From NCBI GenBank assembly GCA_013540605.1, contig JABVCK010000002.1, positions 32,339 through 96,338 on the forward strand: 64,000 nt of DNA. The letters run 5' to 3'. Shown in pieces: positions 17,825 through 27,259 of this stretch; position 1 is the stretch's first letter; each line of letters starts with the position of its first letter. A program made the translations under genes and the position numbers. This DNA is from Bacillota bacterium (GTDB lineage Bacteria; Bacillota; Clostridia; Ch29). Below the pieces are notes generated by a model that did no database searches, was not told the DNA's origin, and saw nothing but the letters and a program-made list of their open reading frames with translations.

Positions 17825-18196
17825 TTACTGTAGGTCCCGCTGGTGGACAGCGATCTCATCCACTTTTAAAATCTTTATCCCTCCCATCAAAGGAAGAGGT
17901 TTGGCTTCTCCTTTATAAGCGTTGATGATCCCCAGCACCGCCAGGACAATGACCGCCAGGTTGCCAAGCGGAAGAAGCACAAACCAACCGATGAGGGGAA
18001 TAATGGAACCAAGAACATTTACAATCATAGCTGCCAGGAAAAGCACTAGCCCCTGGTTGGCATGGTACATGGCAAATTTTGATTCCCGGGCGGCCAGCAA
18101 AGGGACAAAAAACAGGATATAGGCCAAGATCGCCACAGTTTTATTCTTGTCGATGTCTTCCGGACTGTACCGTATGTTGCTACCCGGCATTTCCAT
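17825..18196 (-). CDS. Small multi-pass membrane protein (DUF4870-like)
   Basis: 123 aa, 3 TM segments, motif …FAMYHANQGLVLFL…IPLIGW…GIINAYKGEAKPLPLMG…. Confidence 0.55.
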   Translation of the reverse strand: MEMPGSNIRYSPEDIDKNKTVAILAYILFFVPLLAARESKFAMYHANQGLVLFLAAMIVNVLGSIIPLIGWFVLLPLGNLAVIVLAVLGIINAYKGEAKPLPLMGGIKILKVDEIAVHQRDLQ

Positions 18197-18245
18197 TCGT
18201 CATCCACTCCTTTTCTTTAATCTTTATTTCAAATATCCTATGACT

Positions 18246-19295
18246 TTATTCTAAACCCCAAATCCCGCCCCACTCCACCACAGCGTAAGGGCTGCGAACT
18301 ACTTTTTCAGGACAGGCGACAGGGTTGCAGGGTTGCCCCCGGTCCTCCTCGATCAAAAACCACAGCCTGGAGATGCTGATCGGCTCCGGCTCCACAATGA
18401 TAGGCATAATATTCTCCAGAATAGCGGTGCCCTGGGGATAAAAAACGTAGTCCTCCCGGCTTGAAAGCTTTTCCTCCCAGTATTCCACAAAATCGGCAGT
18501 TTCCCTGGCATTGAAGCCGTGCAGCTCCATCAGGCTGCGCAGGTCGTTCCTCAGGTTGTTCCCCCTGATTTTATACCCTTCTTCTCTCTGGAAACCCCGG
18601 TCCGGCACCCGCGCTTCATAAAACAGATAATCGTTGCGACCGTTGAGCGAACCGTTAAAGACTTCGGCCCTCCAGCCCTGTTCCCGGTCGTATGCCGGCA
18701 GGGAATCCGTGATATAGCCGCTGGGCTCCAAGCGGACCTGGACAGCCAGATCCCGGTCAGCGTAAATATAGATGTTGGGCTTGTAAACATCCAGGAAACT
18801 GCGGGCCGCATCGCCCAGGTTTTTTTTCAGCCAAGAAAATATCTTGTCAATGTTTTTCAGGCTGTCTACAGCTATCTTGCCCAGGGTTACAGTGACGGTT
18901 ATGGCCGCCAGCACCGGAAGGGTGGCTGTTCCCGTAGCCAGAGTATAAATTATGACGCCGGTCTGCGCTGCGTTGAGGACAACCTCTGTCCAGCCCGCCA
19001 CCTTGCCCACCATTGTGTGTTCTCCGGCAAGCATGCCGATAGTGCCCGACAATGTGTCGTAAATACCTTTGCCCAGGTTGTAGACAGGCCCGCCAGCCAG
19101 CTTGCAGCCGCCGTCAAAAATATCGTCCGCAACCTTCCCTGTCATACCATCCAACCCTAACACGTCGGAAACAACCCCTGCCCGGACCTGTACGGGATCA
19201 AGCGCAGGATGAAGGCAGACTGCCGCTGTCAGCGCCAGAACCGAAATTATGGCGATTACTTTTGTCCTTGTTCCGCTTATGGACCATCTCAACAT
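18246..19295 (-). CDS. Hypothetical secreted/membrane-anchored protein
   Basis: 349 aa, N-terminal signal anchor, Gly-rich region, high GC codon usage unlike flanks. Confidence 0.55.
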   Translation of the reverse strand: MLRWSISGTRTKVIAIISVLALTAAVCLHPALDPVQVRAGVVSDVLGLDGMTGKVADDIFDGGCKLAGGPVYNLGKGIYDTLSGTIGMLAGEHTMVGKVAGWTEVVLNAAQTGVIIYTLATGTATLPVLAAITVTVTLGKIAVDSLKNIDKIFSWLKKNLGDAARSFLDVYKPNIYIYADRDLAVQVRLEPSGYITDSLPAYDREQGWRAEVFNGSLNGRNDYLFYEARVPDRGFQREEGYKIRGNNLRNDLRSLMELHGFNARETADFVEYWEEKLSSREDYVFYPQGTAILENIMPIIVEPEPISISRLWFLIEEDRGQPCNPVACPEKVVRSPYAVVEWGGIWGLE

Positions 19296-19360
19296 TTTGC
19301 CAACCTTCCTTTAACCCCAAAACCTATTAACCCAAATTTTGGCATCCAGACAGCCTTTGC

Positions 19361-20200
19361 TCAATTGCCGCTGCCAGCCGTCCGGCTGCGGTAATAGCCT
19401 GCTTCCTGCTGCAGCTTAAGAATCTCCTGCCGCAAAGCGGCCTCCGGTTCAAGTTCCAGCGCTTTCTCCAGTTCGGCCAGCGTTTCCCGGTAGTCCATGA
19501 CCAGCAGGTGCGCTCTGGCCAGCTGCACATGAGCCAGGGTCAACTGCGGCTCCATTTCCGCCAGCTGGCCGGAATAGTACCGGGCAGCCTTATAATCTTC
19601 CAACCTGAGAGCGCATTCCCCTGCATACAGCCAGCCTTCAACCAGGCCTGGATCCTGTTGCAGGGCCTTTTGCAGGTTGATCAAGGCTTCTTTGTATTCC
19701 CCCTGCTGGTAATAAGCCAGAGCATAATTGAACAGCTCGGAAGCGTTGAACAGCCTGTACTCTTTAACTTCCCCCAGCACACCCGCCGCTTTTTCCGGCT
19801 GTTTCCCCCTCAAATAAACAGAAGAAAGGTTAAGCCTGAGCTGCGGGACATCCGGATGCTGAGCCAATAGCTCTTTGAGCAGCTGCTCCGCGCGGTCCAG
19901 GTCGCCGGCAGCCAGCAGGGAAACACTTTTCTTTACCGCCCTGTCCAGGTTTTGCGGGCCGGATGAAACTCCTGCGGCAGGCGCCGCCAAAGCCAATACA
20001 ACCGGCAGCGCAACCAGCGCCAAGTTGTAGGCCGAACGTTTTCTCCCGTTTTGCGGGCCAAGCTTTCGCCGGACAGGAGGACAGCCCAACACTGCCGCCA
20101 TGGCCCCGGCCGCCAGGCAGACCCCAGCCCAGGCTTCCCAGCCGGATAAAAGGCTATGCAATAAAACGCCGATTACCACCACTATACCTGCAACAACCAT
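19361..20200 (-). CDS. TPR-repeat protein with N-terminal membrane anchor
   Basis: Start moved to MVVAGIVVVIG; multiple TPR units (…ALAYYQQGEYKEALINLQKALQQDP…). Confidence 0.6.
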   Translation of the reverse strand: MVVAGIVVVIGVLLHSLLSGWEAWAGVCLAAGAMAAVLGCPPVRRKLGPQNGRKRSAYNLALVALPVVLALAAPAAGVSSGPQNLDRAVKKSVSLLAAGDLDRAEQLLKELLAQHPDVPQLRLNLSSVYLRGKQPEKAAGVLGEVKEYRLFNASELFNYALAYYQQGEYKEALINLQKALQQDPGLVEGWLYAGECALRLEDYKAARYYSGQLAEMEPQLTLAHVQLARAHLLVMDYRETLAELEKALELEPEAALRQEILKLQQEAGYYRSRTAGSGN

Positions 20201-20201
20201 T

Positions 20202-22652
20202 TTACTCCTGTCCTTTCTCCCTGATTCTTTCAATCTCAGCCAGCGCATGGTTGTACATGCTGAAAGGTTCGTACAAAGGATTGTCCCGGCGGGGGTTGAG
20301 CGCAATCACTTTGCGGAAAGCACGCTCGGCCCTGGCCAGGTCGCCGGTATGCTTGTAAACCATCCCCAGGCAGAAATACCCTTCCACCACATCCGAACGG
20401 CGCTCAAGAAATTGCAAGAAATTTTCTTCAGCCAGGGGATAACAGTCTTGCTTGAGGTAGCCCGCCATTTCATTGTAATTGACTCCCAGCAAGTAGTAGG
20501 GATAAGCCAGATGGGGGTTCAATTCCAGCAGCCGGGCAAAATGCCTGTTGGACTGCTCATAATCCTCAGCCTGCCTGGCTTCCAGGCCCAAAACATAATA
20601 ATAGGCAAGGGCCGGTTCCTGCTTTTTCTTCAGCTCCGCTATAAAGTCTTGCCCTTTCGTCGTTCCCCAGGAAGCTAATTCCTGGTACTCCAGCAAAAAA
20701 CGGTAAAGGTATTCGTCAATCTTTTTTATTTCATCGGGGCCGGCGCCTTCCCTGTCCGCCTCGCGGCAGAGGCCGGCCAGGGCTGCCAGGGCTGCCGGAT
20801 AATCCTGCATTTGCTGGGAGGCTACGGCCTGAAGGTAGAGCAGGGAAGCATCCTGCGCTCCCTGGGCTTTGATGACAGCCAAAGCCCGGGCAGGCTTTTT
20901 GTTTTCCAAAAGGGTATAAGCGTAATCTCCGGCAATCTCCGCATTCCCCGGGTACTTGGCGTGCATGGCCGCCATCAGCTGCTCAGCCTCTCCGGGGTGG
21001 CCGGATTTTACATACATGTATGAAGTGAACAGAGCCGCCCTGATCTCTTCTTCTTTCTCCCACGGCTTGGCGGTAAAATATTTTCGGGCATATTCATACA
21101 TATAGTCGGGGTAAGGAATCCGTTCCGCCAGCAGCGCCGCCTGGTAATAGCTTTCCGGCCCGGGGTTTTGCTCTGCGTATTCCAGCAATTCCGGCAAAAC
21201 CGCGCTTTCGTTCTCATACTCCGCCCTGTTCAAAAGCACATAAAGCTCTCTTCCCTTCAGCAAGGCCTCGAGTCTGGAGACTTCCTGCCGCAAGCCGGCC
21301 AGCCTTTTCTCCCCGGCGCCTGCCAGTCCGGCAAACCTGTCGCTGAATACACCCCGGGCAATGGCCAAATTAAGCGCCTCCCGGGCCTTTTCCTTCTCTC
21401 CCGCCGCCCAAAAGCCGCCTATGGTCCAGAGCCTGGCTTCGGGGAGGGCCGCAGCATTTTTCCCGGCACTATTGGCGGCTGCAGCCGCAAACAAGGTATT
21501 GATATCCGGATCGGTTTCTGCCTGGGAACTGGCCAGTTTAAGCAGCATCCCCTTGAAATAGGGGACATAGGGCGAATCGGGGCAAATTTCCTCCGCCCTG
21601 GTCAAAAATTCCTGGGCTTCTTCAATTTCACCCTTCTCCCGTATTTCCTTGATCCCCGTCAGGTACCCCAGGAAAGCCGAGAGATCCGCTCGGGCTTTGC
21701 GGTATTCCGAAGAGGCCTCCCCGCCTCGGCCCAGGTTCCATAAATTATCCGCCAGGATTATCCTTGCTTCGATGCTTTTCACAACCTGCCCCGGAGCGTC
21801 CAAATAGGGCAAAACGTTAAAGGCGGCAAACACAAGGGCCAAAACGGCTGCTCCGGCTGGGAACCATAAGGACCCGGCTGCCGGCTGCCCGATTTTTTCT
21901 CCAAATTTCTCCCCGTCTTTGGCCAGCATAAGCTGAGCGCTCCCTAATATCAATAAGGCAAGGGCCGTCTTTCCTCCGGCCAAAAACATCTCCAGGACAT
22001 AGCGGGAAAAAAACCCGTAAGGAAGAAGCCCCTTGAGAAGCACTTCAATTAATCGCATAACCTTGAGAAACACAGCTCCTGCCAGGAGATTGGCCAAGAC
22101 CAACAGCAAAAAGACAGGCAGCCTTCGCAGGCAGACCACAGCCAGAGCGGCGGCCGCCCGTCCTGTGCCGCGGGCAGGAACTCCATACAGCAAAAAAGCG
22201 ATTGCAGACATTCCAGCAAACACGGCAAACACAGCCAAAACCAGCAATAACCCGGCGAAGGTCAAGGCCGCCGCCCAACTGTTTACATCGCCCCGCCCGA
22301 TCATCCCGGCCAGATAATAGGTCCAGGCCCGTATGGCCAGCGGTACTGCCGCAACAACAGCGGCAAGTGGCAGCGTTCCCGCAATAAGTGTCGGGAAGGA
22401 AGCGCGGACGGTCTTAAAGCCGGCAAACGCTTTTCTGGAAAAAACAGCAGCCGCCAGCAGCCCCAGCAAAAAAGACGTGCCGGTAAAAAGAACCTGCAGA
22501 CCCATTGGAACAGGCCTTCCCGTCAGATAGAGAATCAGGCTGTTGAAAAGCCAGCCGCCATTCAGGAGAAAGAAGGCCAGCCAGAGCCAGCTCCAGTATC
22601 GGGCTGCGTATTTTGTTTCGGATTCCTTGAGAAGATTCAAATATTCTATCAT
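20202..22652 (-). CDS. Large polytopic membrane protein with C-terminal TPR repeats
   Basis: 816 aa; ~10 predicted TM helices in N-terminal half, TPR-like helical repeats in C-terminal half; ~65 percent GC. Confidence 0.6.
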   Translation of the reverse strand: MIEYLNLLKESETKYAARYWSWLWLAFFLLNGGWLFNSLILYLTGRPVPMGLQVLFTGTSFLLGLLAAAVFSRKAFAGFKTVRASFPTLIAGTLPLAAVVAAVPLAIRAWTYYLAGMIGRGDVNSWAAALTFAGLLLVLAVFAVFAGMSAIAFLLYGVPARGTGRAAAALAVVCLRRLPVFLLLVLANLLAGAVFLKVMRLIEVLLKGLLPYGFFSRYVLEMFLAGGKTALALLILGSAQLMLAKDGEKFGEKIGQPAAGSLWFPAGAAVLALVFAAFNVLPYLDAPGQVVKSIEARIILADNLWNLGRGGEASSEYRKARADLSAFLGYLTGIKEIREKGEIEEAQEFLTRAEEICPDSPYVPYFKGMLLKLASSQAETDPDINTLFAAAAANSAGKNAAALPEARLWTIGGFWAAGEKEKAREALNLAIARGVFSDRFAGLAGAGEKRLAGLRQEVSRLEALLKGRELYVLLNRAEYENESAVLPELLEYAEQNPGPESYYQAALLAERIPYPDYMYEYARKYFTAKPWEKEEEIRAALFTSYMYVKSGHPGEAEQLMAAMHAKYPGNAEIAGDYAYTLLENKKPARALAVIKAQGAQDASLLYLQAVASQQMQDYPAALAALAGLCREADREGAGPDEIKKIDEYLYRFLLEYQELASWGTTKGQDFIAELKKKQEPALAYYYVLGLEARQAEDYEQSNRHFARLLELNPHLAYPYYLLGVNYNEMAGYLKQDCYPLAEENFLQFLERRSDVVEGYFCLGMVYKHTGDLARAERAFRKVIALNPRRDNPLYEPFSMYNHALAEIERIREKGQE

Positions 22653-22718
22653 GCATCACAACAACCCTTCTGTCTTGGAAACGCATTTTGTATGCCAATC
22701 TCGGAGCTTATGCGCCTA

Positions 22719-25700
22719 TTACTGCCTGCTCGAAATGGTTACCGTCCGTGTTGTCCCGTCCCAGTTGATGTCACAATTCAGGTTTTCCGCCACAAACCTT
22801 ACAGGGACGTATGTCCGGGCCCCGATAATTATAGGCGGCACGTCGTTTGTAACCGATGCCCCGTTTACCAGCATCTTTACGCTGTCTACCCACATCTCAA
22901 GCATTGTGCCCTTGCCGGCAACCGTAATTTTTCTCTCGTCCTCTTTCCAGCTGATGCTGCCCCCTAAAGCTTCCACTACGGCCCTTATCGGCAGGATGGT
23001 CCTCCCTTCCTTAATAAGCGGCACTGTTCCTCTTCCCGGATCGATCTCCACCCTGCTGCCGTTTATCGTCATATAGGGATCGCCGATAGTCAGAGCAATA
23101 ATGATGTTTTGGCTTTGCCCGTCGCCGTCATCCCCCCAAGTATTGCCAGGGCTGCTTTCACCGGCATCGCCCGTTGCAGACTCCCCGGTCTCCTCGCCCG
23201 AAGAAGCGGGAAGCTCAAGCTGTATCGCCGGCAGCCTGATCTCCCCAAAAGGAGGCACAAAAAGCCTGCTGCCGCCCGGTTCCTGGCTGCCTGCTGAGGA
23301 TGCTTTTTGCCAGTTGGAAAAGAGCAGTTCTATTTTCTGGTAATAACCGTCGCAGAAAACAGCCTTGAGGGGCAGGTTGCTGCCCGGAGCGATAAATAGC
23401 TGTACTTTGACGTAAATATTCATGATGGGGTCGATCTTTTTGCTCTTTTCCCAGACCTGGCAGGAAATGCCGTTGACCTGTTCCGTCCCTTTCAAGACAA
23501 AAGGAACGTTCTGCAATTCCGGGATATAGTCGTCCAAATCGTAGCGGACGCTTTCTTTCCTGGGAAACTCCTGGTACTGCACAACCTTGGTGCCGGCTGT
23601 TTTATCCCACATTAGGATGGGATCGCGGGCGCCGCTTTCAACCCTTTGCTGCCCGTTCAGGACAGAGAATTTTATGTTGCTGCTGTAGGAAGGGGTGGAG
23701 GCTGCGGCGGAGGGATAGTATTTGACTGTCACTCCGGCAGCGCAGTTTTGCGCGGAAAGGGCCGTGTCGCCCGCCGCCGGGCTTTCCGCCGGCATCTGCC
23801 CTTCCAGCATTATTGCTCCCAGCGTTTTCAGGTAATAGCCGGCCGGGACGGAACCCACCAACGGAACGGTCTTTTCAATTTTGCCGATAAGGCCGCTGCT
23901 TCTTTCCTCCTCGCACGTCTTGGCCTCATTGAAATACTCCAGCTTTTTGCCTTCAACATAAAATTTCACTGATTCAAACACATGGTAGTTTACGGAACGC
24001 CCCCCTGCCAAAGAACTCCGGAACCTGTCCAATGGGGATGTAATCAGGCTCGCCAGGCTGTGCAGGTCCAGTTCCCAGGGGCCTGTGCCGGCAAAAGAGT
24101 ACCCTCTGCCGTAAACGGGTGTAAACTGCAGGCGCCACTCCCTGGACTTCAGCGAATTTTCCGGGCTGGCGCTGTGAGGATAAAGGGCCTCCACTTTAAA
24201 GTGAGCTTCTCCGTTAAAAGGCGGGACCGTCCCCGGGCCACCCAAGACCACGGTACTGTTTGGAGAGCTCAAGCTGTGTGCTTCCTGCAAGTAGCCTCCG
24301 GCAACAGAAACAGTCAGGCCGTCCGCTTCAACTACGGTGCTGTTGATGGTGAAGCCCTCGCTGTCAACCACGGCATATACCCGGTCAAAGGGGCGCAGAT
24401 CAACTCCCTGCAGCTGAAAGGCGCCGCCGGAGCTTTGTGCCTGCAACCTTATGGTATATTCAACAGGGAGCGAAAGATCCTCTTGGTGATGCAGGGGAAT
24501 ATTATTGGACCGTTCTATAAACAGCGAAACAGGCCCGTTGTATGACGAGAGCCCCTGGCCGGAACCACTCACATACCCCTTAACGGTATTTGATAGATAA
24601 TCGGCAACCTCCACGGCAACGTGATTATATGGGAAGCTCGCCTCACGGGGATAGGACCATAAATCGCCGCTCCCGGGAATCTTTACCCTCACCTGGTCAC
24701 CCTTTTTCAAGTCAAAAGACCTGCTGAAAAACCCGGAGTTGTCGGTGGAGGCGACAAGAAGCTTTTCAACCCCGGAATAGCTGGTTACCTTTAACAGGAT
24801 TTCCTGGTTGGCGTACGGTTTTCCCGTCCCTTTTTCAACAATGCTCCCCTGGATTATATCCCGGTAGGCACAAGCCTCGGCAATATCAATATTGTAAGAG
24901 CTGGAGCGCGCTTTGACATAATTGAAAATGGGATATTTATACTCATAAATTGTTTTGCTTTTATCAAAGGATTTGATCTTTACCCTGCCGTAAATTTTTG
25001 CGAAGCCATCGCCTTTAATGCTCAAGTAATCTCCGATTCCGCCTTGGACGCCGGCTTTGGCTTCCAAAAGAACGCCAATCTTGTTGTCCAGAATGACCTT
25101 TCCCTTGCCCAGGATGTCAAAGGCCACCTCGGCAAGCAGGCTGAGCTCTCCCTTTACGTCGGCGGAGAGGGATAATTCCTCGGGCGAAAATTCAAAGCTT
25201 ACCTCTTTGACAACATTAAAGCTCGTAGGCAGGTAATACGAGGTGCTTCCCTGCAATCCCGCTCTGACAGAAGAACTCTGCTTCACAGAATATTCCAGAG
25301 TGATCTTGCCGTCAACTCCCAAGACCAGGAAAAACCCAACCGTGATCTTGCAGCCTTCTGCAGGAACAGTAAAATCATAAAGCGGGATTTTAACATCTTT
25401 TTTCAGCTGGGCGAGCAGCTCTGCCTGCACTTCGGCCCTCTGGGAAGCATAAAAGATAAATTTATAGCCGCTCTCTTCCGTGTATTTGACCTCCACGGCG
25501 GGGGAATCGATATTAAGGCTTCCCTTCAAAGTAACCTCGACACGTTTCCCCTCCTGGTCGTACCCCGGCAGCGTCTGCTTTTCATTAAAATAAAAATTAA
25601 AGCCTGCCCTCTCCGTTGTGCCCGATTTCATCTTGTATGAAGCGATATTAATCCCTTGCGCCAGGTATGTAATATTGGCCTCATTGAGAAATACCGTCTG

Positions 25701-26180
25701 TTCGGGGATGGAGAGCTCCTCCACAAGTTTGTCATCGTCCGCAAGGAGGATGTATAAGATGCCTCCCTCTCCCCTGACAAACTCCAGGGCTATAAGGGAA
25801 GAGGGATCGATATAAATTTTGCCCGGCTCGACCTCAGGCAAAAGAGATGAACTTATTTTCCCGCCGCTGGCATGGTTTTTTATCGCCTGCGCCTGTGCTT
25901 CGCTCAACCAGCTCACACCGGGTTTCAATTTCAGATGGATGTTTTTCAGGGACGCGGGCTGGAGGCCGTTTGACCTGGCCTCCCGGGAGATGTCGGGAAG
26001 GCTAGGCGGGCCGATTTTTTGAAGAAGTTCACCTTCGATGAGGCTTAGTGATTTTGCATCATTTAGGGTAAAAGCATAGGCAGAAAAGCCGGGCATGGTC
26101 CAAGCAATTACCAGGACCGGCAAAAGGAAAAATATGACCAGTTTTTTAACTGAAGTAAGCCTGAACATACTAAAAATCAC
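22719..26180 (-). CDS. Large secreted protein with C-terminal copper-amine-oxidase N-terminal-like (stalk) domain
   Basis: 1153 aa; signal peptide MIFSMFRLTSVKKLVIFFLLPVLVIAWTMPGFSAYA; C-terminal …TINGSRVEIDPGRGTVPLIKEGRTILPIRAVVEALGGSISWKEDERKITV… characteristic of Cu_amine_oxidN1 domains common in Clostridia. Confidence 0.6.
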   Translation of the reverse strand: MIFSMFRLTSVKKLVIFFLLPVLVIAWTMPGFSAYAFTLNDAKSLSLIEGELLQKIGPPSLPDISREARSNGLQPASLKNIHLKLKPGVSWLSEAQAQAIKNHASGGKISSSLLPEVEPGKIYIDPSSLIALEFVRGEGGILYILLADDDKLVEELSIPEQTVFLNEANITYLAQGINIASYKMKSGTTERAGFNFYFNEKQTLPGYDQEGKRVEVTLKGSLNIDSPAVEVKYTEESGYKFIFYASQRAEVQAELLAQLKKDVKIPLYDFTVPAEGCKITVGFFLVLGVDGKITLEYSVKQSSSVRAGLQGSTSYYLPTSFNVVKEVSFEFSPEELSLSADVKGELSLLAEVAFDILGKGKVILDNKIGVLLEAKAGVQGGIGDYLSIKGDGFAKIYGRVKIKSFDKSKTIYEYKYPIFNYVKARSSSYNIDIAEACAYRDIIQGSIVEKGTGKPYANQEILLKVTSYSGVEKLLVASTDNSGFFSRSFDLKKGDQVRVKIPGSGDLWSYPREASFPYNHVAVEVADYLSNTVKGYVSGSGQGLSSYNGPVSLFIERSNNIPLHHQEDLSLPVEYTIRLQAQSSGGAFQLQGVDLRPFDRVYAVVDSEGFTINSTVVEADGLTVSVAGGYLQEAHSLSSPNSTVVLGGPGTVPPFNGEAHFKVEALYPHSASPENSLKSREWRLQFTPVYGRGYSFAGTGPWELDLHSLASLITSPLDRFRSSLAGGRSVNYHVFESVKFYVEGKKLEYFNEAKTCEEERSSGLIGKIEKTVPLVGSVPAGYYLKTLGAIMLEGQMPAESPAAGDTALSAQNCAAGVTVKYYPSAAASTPSYSSNIKFSVLNGQQRVESGARDPILMWDKTAGTKVVQYQEFPRKESVRYDLDDYIPELQNVPFVLKGTEQVNGISCQVWEKSKKIDPIMNIYVKVQLFIAPGSNLPLKAVFCDGYYQKIELLFSNWQKASSAGSQEPGGSRLFVPPFGEIRLPAIQLELPASSGEETGESATGDAGESSPGNTWGDDGDGQSQNIIIALTIGDPYMTINGSRVEIDPGRGTVPLIKEGRTILPIRAVVEALGGSISWKEDERKITVAGKGTMLEMWVDSVKMLVNGASVTNDVPPIIIGARTYVPVRFVAENLNCDINWDGTTRTVTISSRQ

Positions 26181-26202
26181 TTCCTCACATCTTTATTGGC
26201 AA

Positions 26203-26520
26203 TTACTTCTTACCACCCGGCATATTTCCGGACATCTCTTTAAGGCTTTCAGCCATGCCTTCTGGTGCCGGCACCAGGCTGATAGCCAGCGAAGTCGGGT
26301 AGTCTTTGAGTTCCTTGTCCTGCTCACTATTTTTAGTCACACAGACAGTATAAGTGTAGTCGTCTTTTGCTCCCATAATGGTGTATTCATCTGCCTGAGC
26401 CGTCTGTGAGATGATCTGGGAATCCCTAGTTCCATAGCTTGCAGGGAAAAGCCGCTTAGAACTGACAACGCCGTTGAACAGATTGCCAAGCTCCTTTTCC
26501 GTAAAATGACTTATTCTCAT
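26203..26520 (-). CDS. Hypothetical protein, translationally coupled to upstream lipoprotein gene (ATGA overlap)
   Basis: 105 aa ORF overlapping lipoprotein stop by 4 nt. Confidence 0.4.
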   Translation of the reverse strand: MRISHFTEKELGNLFNGVVSSKRLFPASYGTRDSQIISQTAQADEYTIMGAKDDYTYTVCVTKNSEQDKELKDYPTSLAISLVPAPEGMAESLKEMSGNMPGGKK

Positions 26521-27059
26521 TTTACAGGCTGCAAAGAAATGGTTATTATAGTCTGGTACCCCTTCTCGGTGCTTTTGCCCACGTCCATAGTATAGGCGTA
26601 CCCGCTTTTCGTTCCCATTGAAGTAAGGCTTTCGTCGGTTTTCGTGTCCATGTTGACCTGTGCTCCCTCCAAAACTTTTTCATAAAAAGCAATAACCTTT
26701 TTAACTTCGTCCTTGCTGAAAGCCGAAATGGTATATGAGCCTTCCAATTCGATTGCCGAGTAAATGAAGCTTCCTTCATATATAGGGAATTTGTCTGAGG
26801 GATAGCCTTTTGGCAATTCAACGCTTTTATCGGTTGCCACCGACAGGGAGCCGTCCCCGTTTTCGACCGACAGGGAGCCGTCTTTAGTTTTAACCGAAAT
26901 TGAAGTTTGCCCCGATTCTTGCGATTCGGCCGGTTTTTGCGCCTGTGAGGTTGCGCTTTTCATATCCTGCCCGGCTTGCTTGGGTTTATCGCTTGAGCAC
27001 CCCGTAAAAACAAGAGACATTAAGGCTGAGACAATAAAGCAAATAAATATTTTTTTCAT
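26517..27059 (-). CDS. Lipoprotein
   Basis: Start at MKKIFICFIVSALMSLVFTGC (lipobox FTGC); Ser/Gln-rich linker then globular domain. Confidence 0.6.
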   Translation of the reverse strand: MKKIFICFIVSALMSLVFTGCSSDKPKQAGQDMKSATSQAQKPAESQESGQTSISVKTKDGSLSVENGDGSLSVATDKSVELPKGYPSDKFPIYEGSFIYSAIELEGSYTISAFSKDEVKKVIAFYEKVLEGAQVNMDTKTDESLTSMGTKSGYAYTMDVGKSTEKGYQTIITISLQPVK

Positions 27060-27259
27060 GTTAAAACCCCCGTTTTTGTTTAAAATTAGGCTGTTTTTTA
27101 GAAATCCGCCCTGCGTAAATCCCAACCGCGAAATTGAAAAATATACCCAAAAATATTATAATATAAGGATAAAAGGTAAAAATAGTGCCGCAAGTCATCT
27201 TATCAATGACTTGCGGCTAATGATAAAAGCTATTGTTTTTTGCGGCGGAGGAAGCGAAA

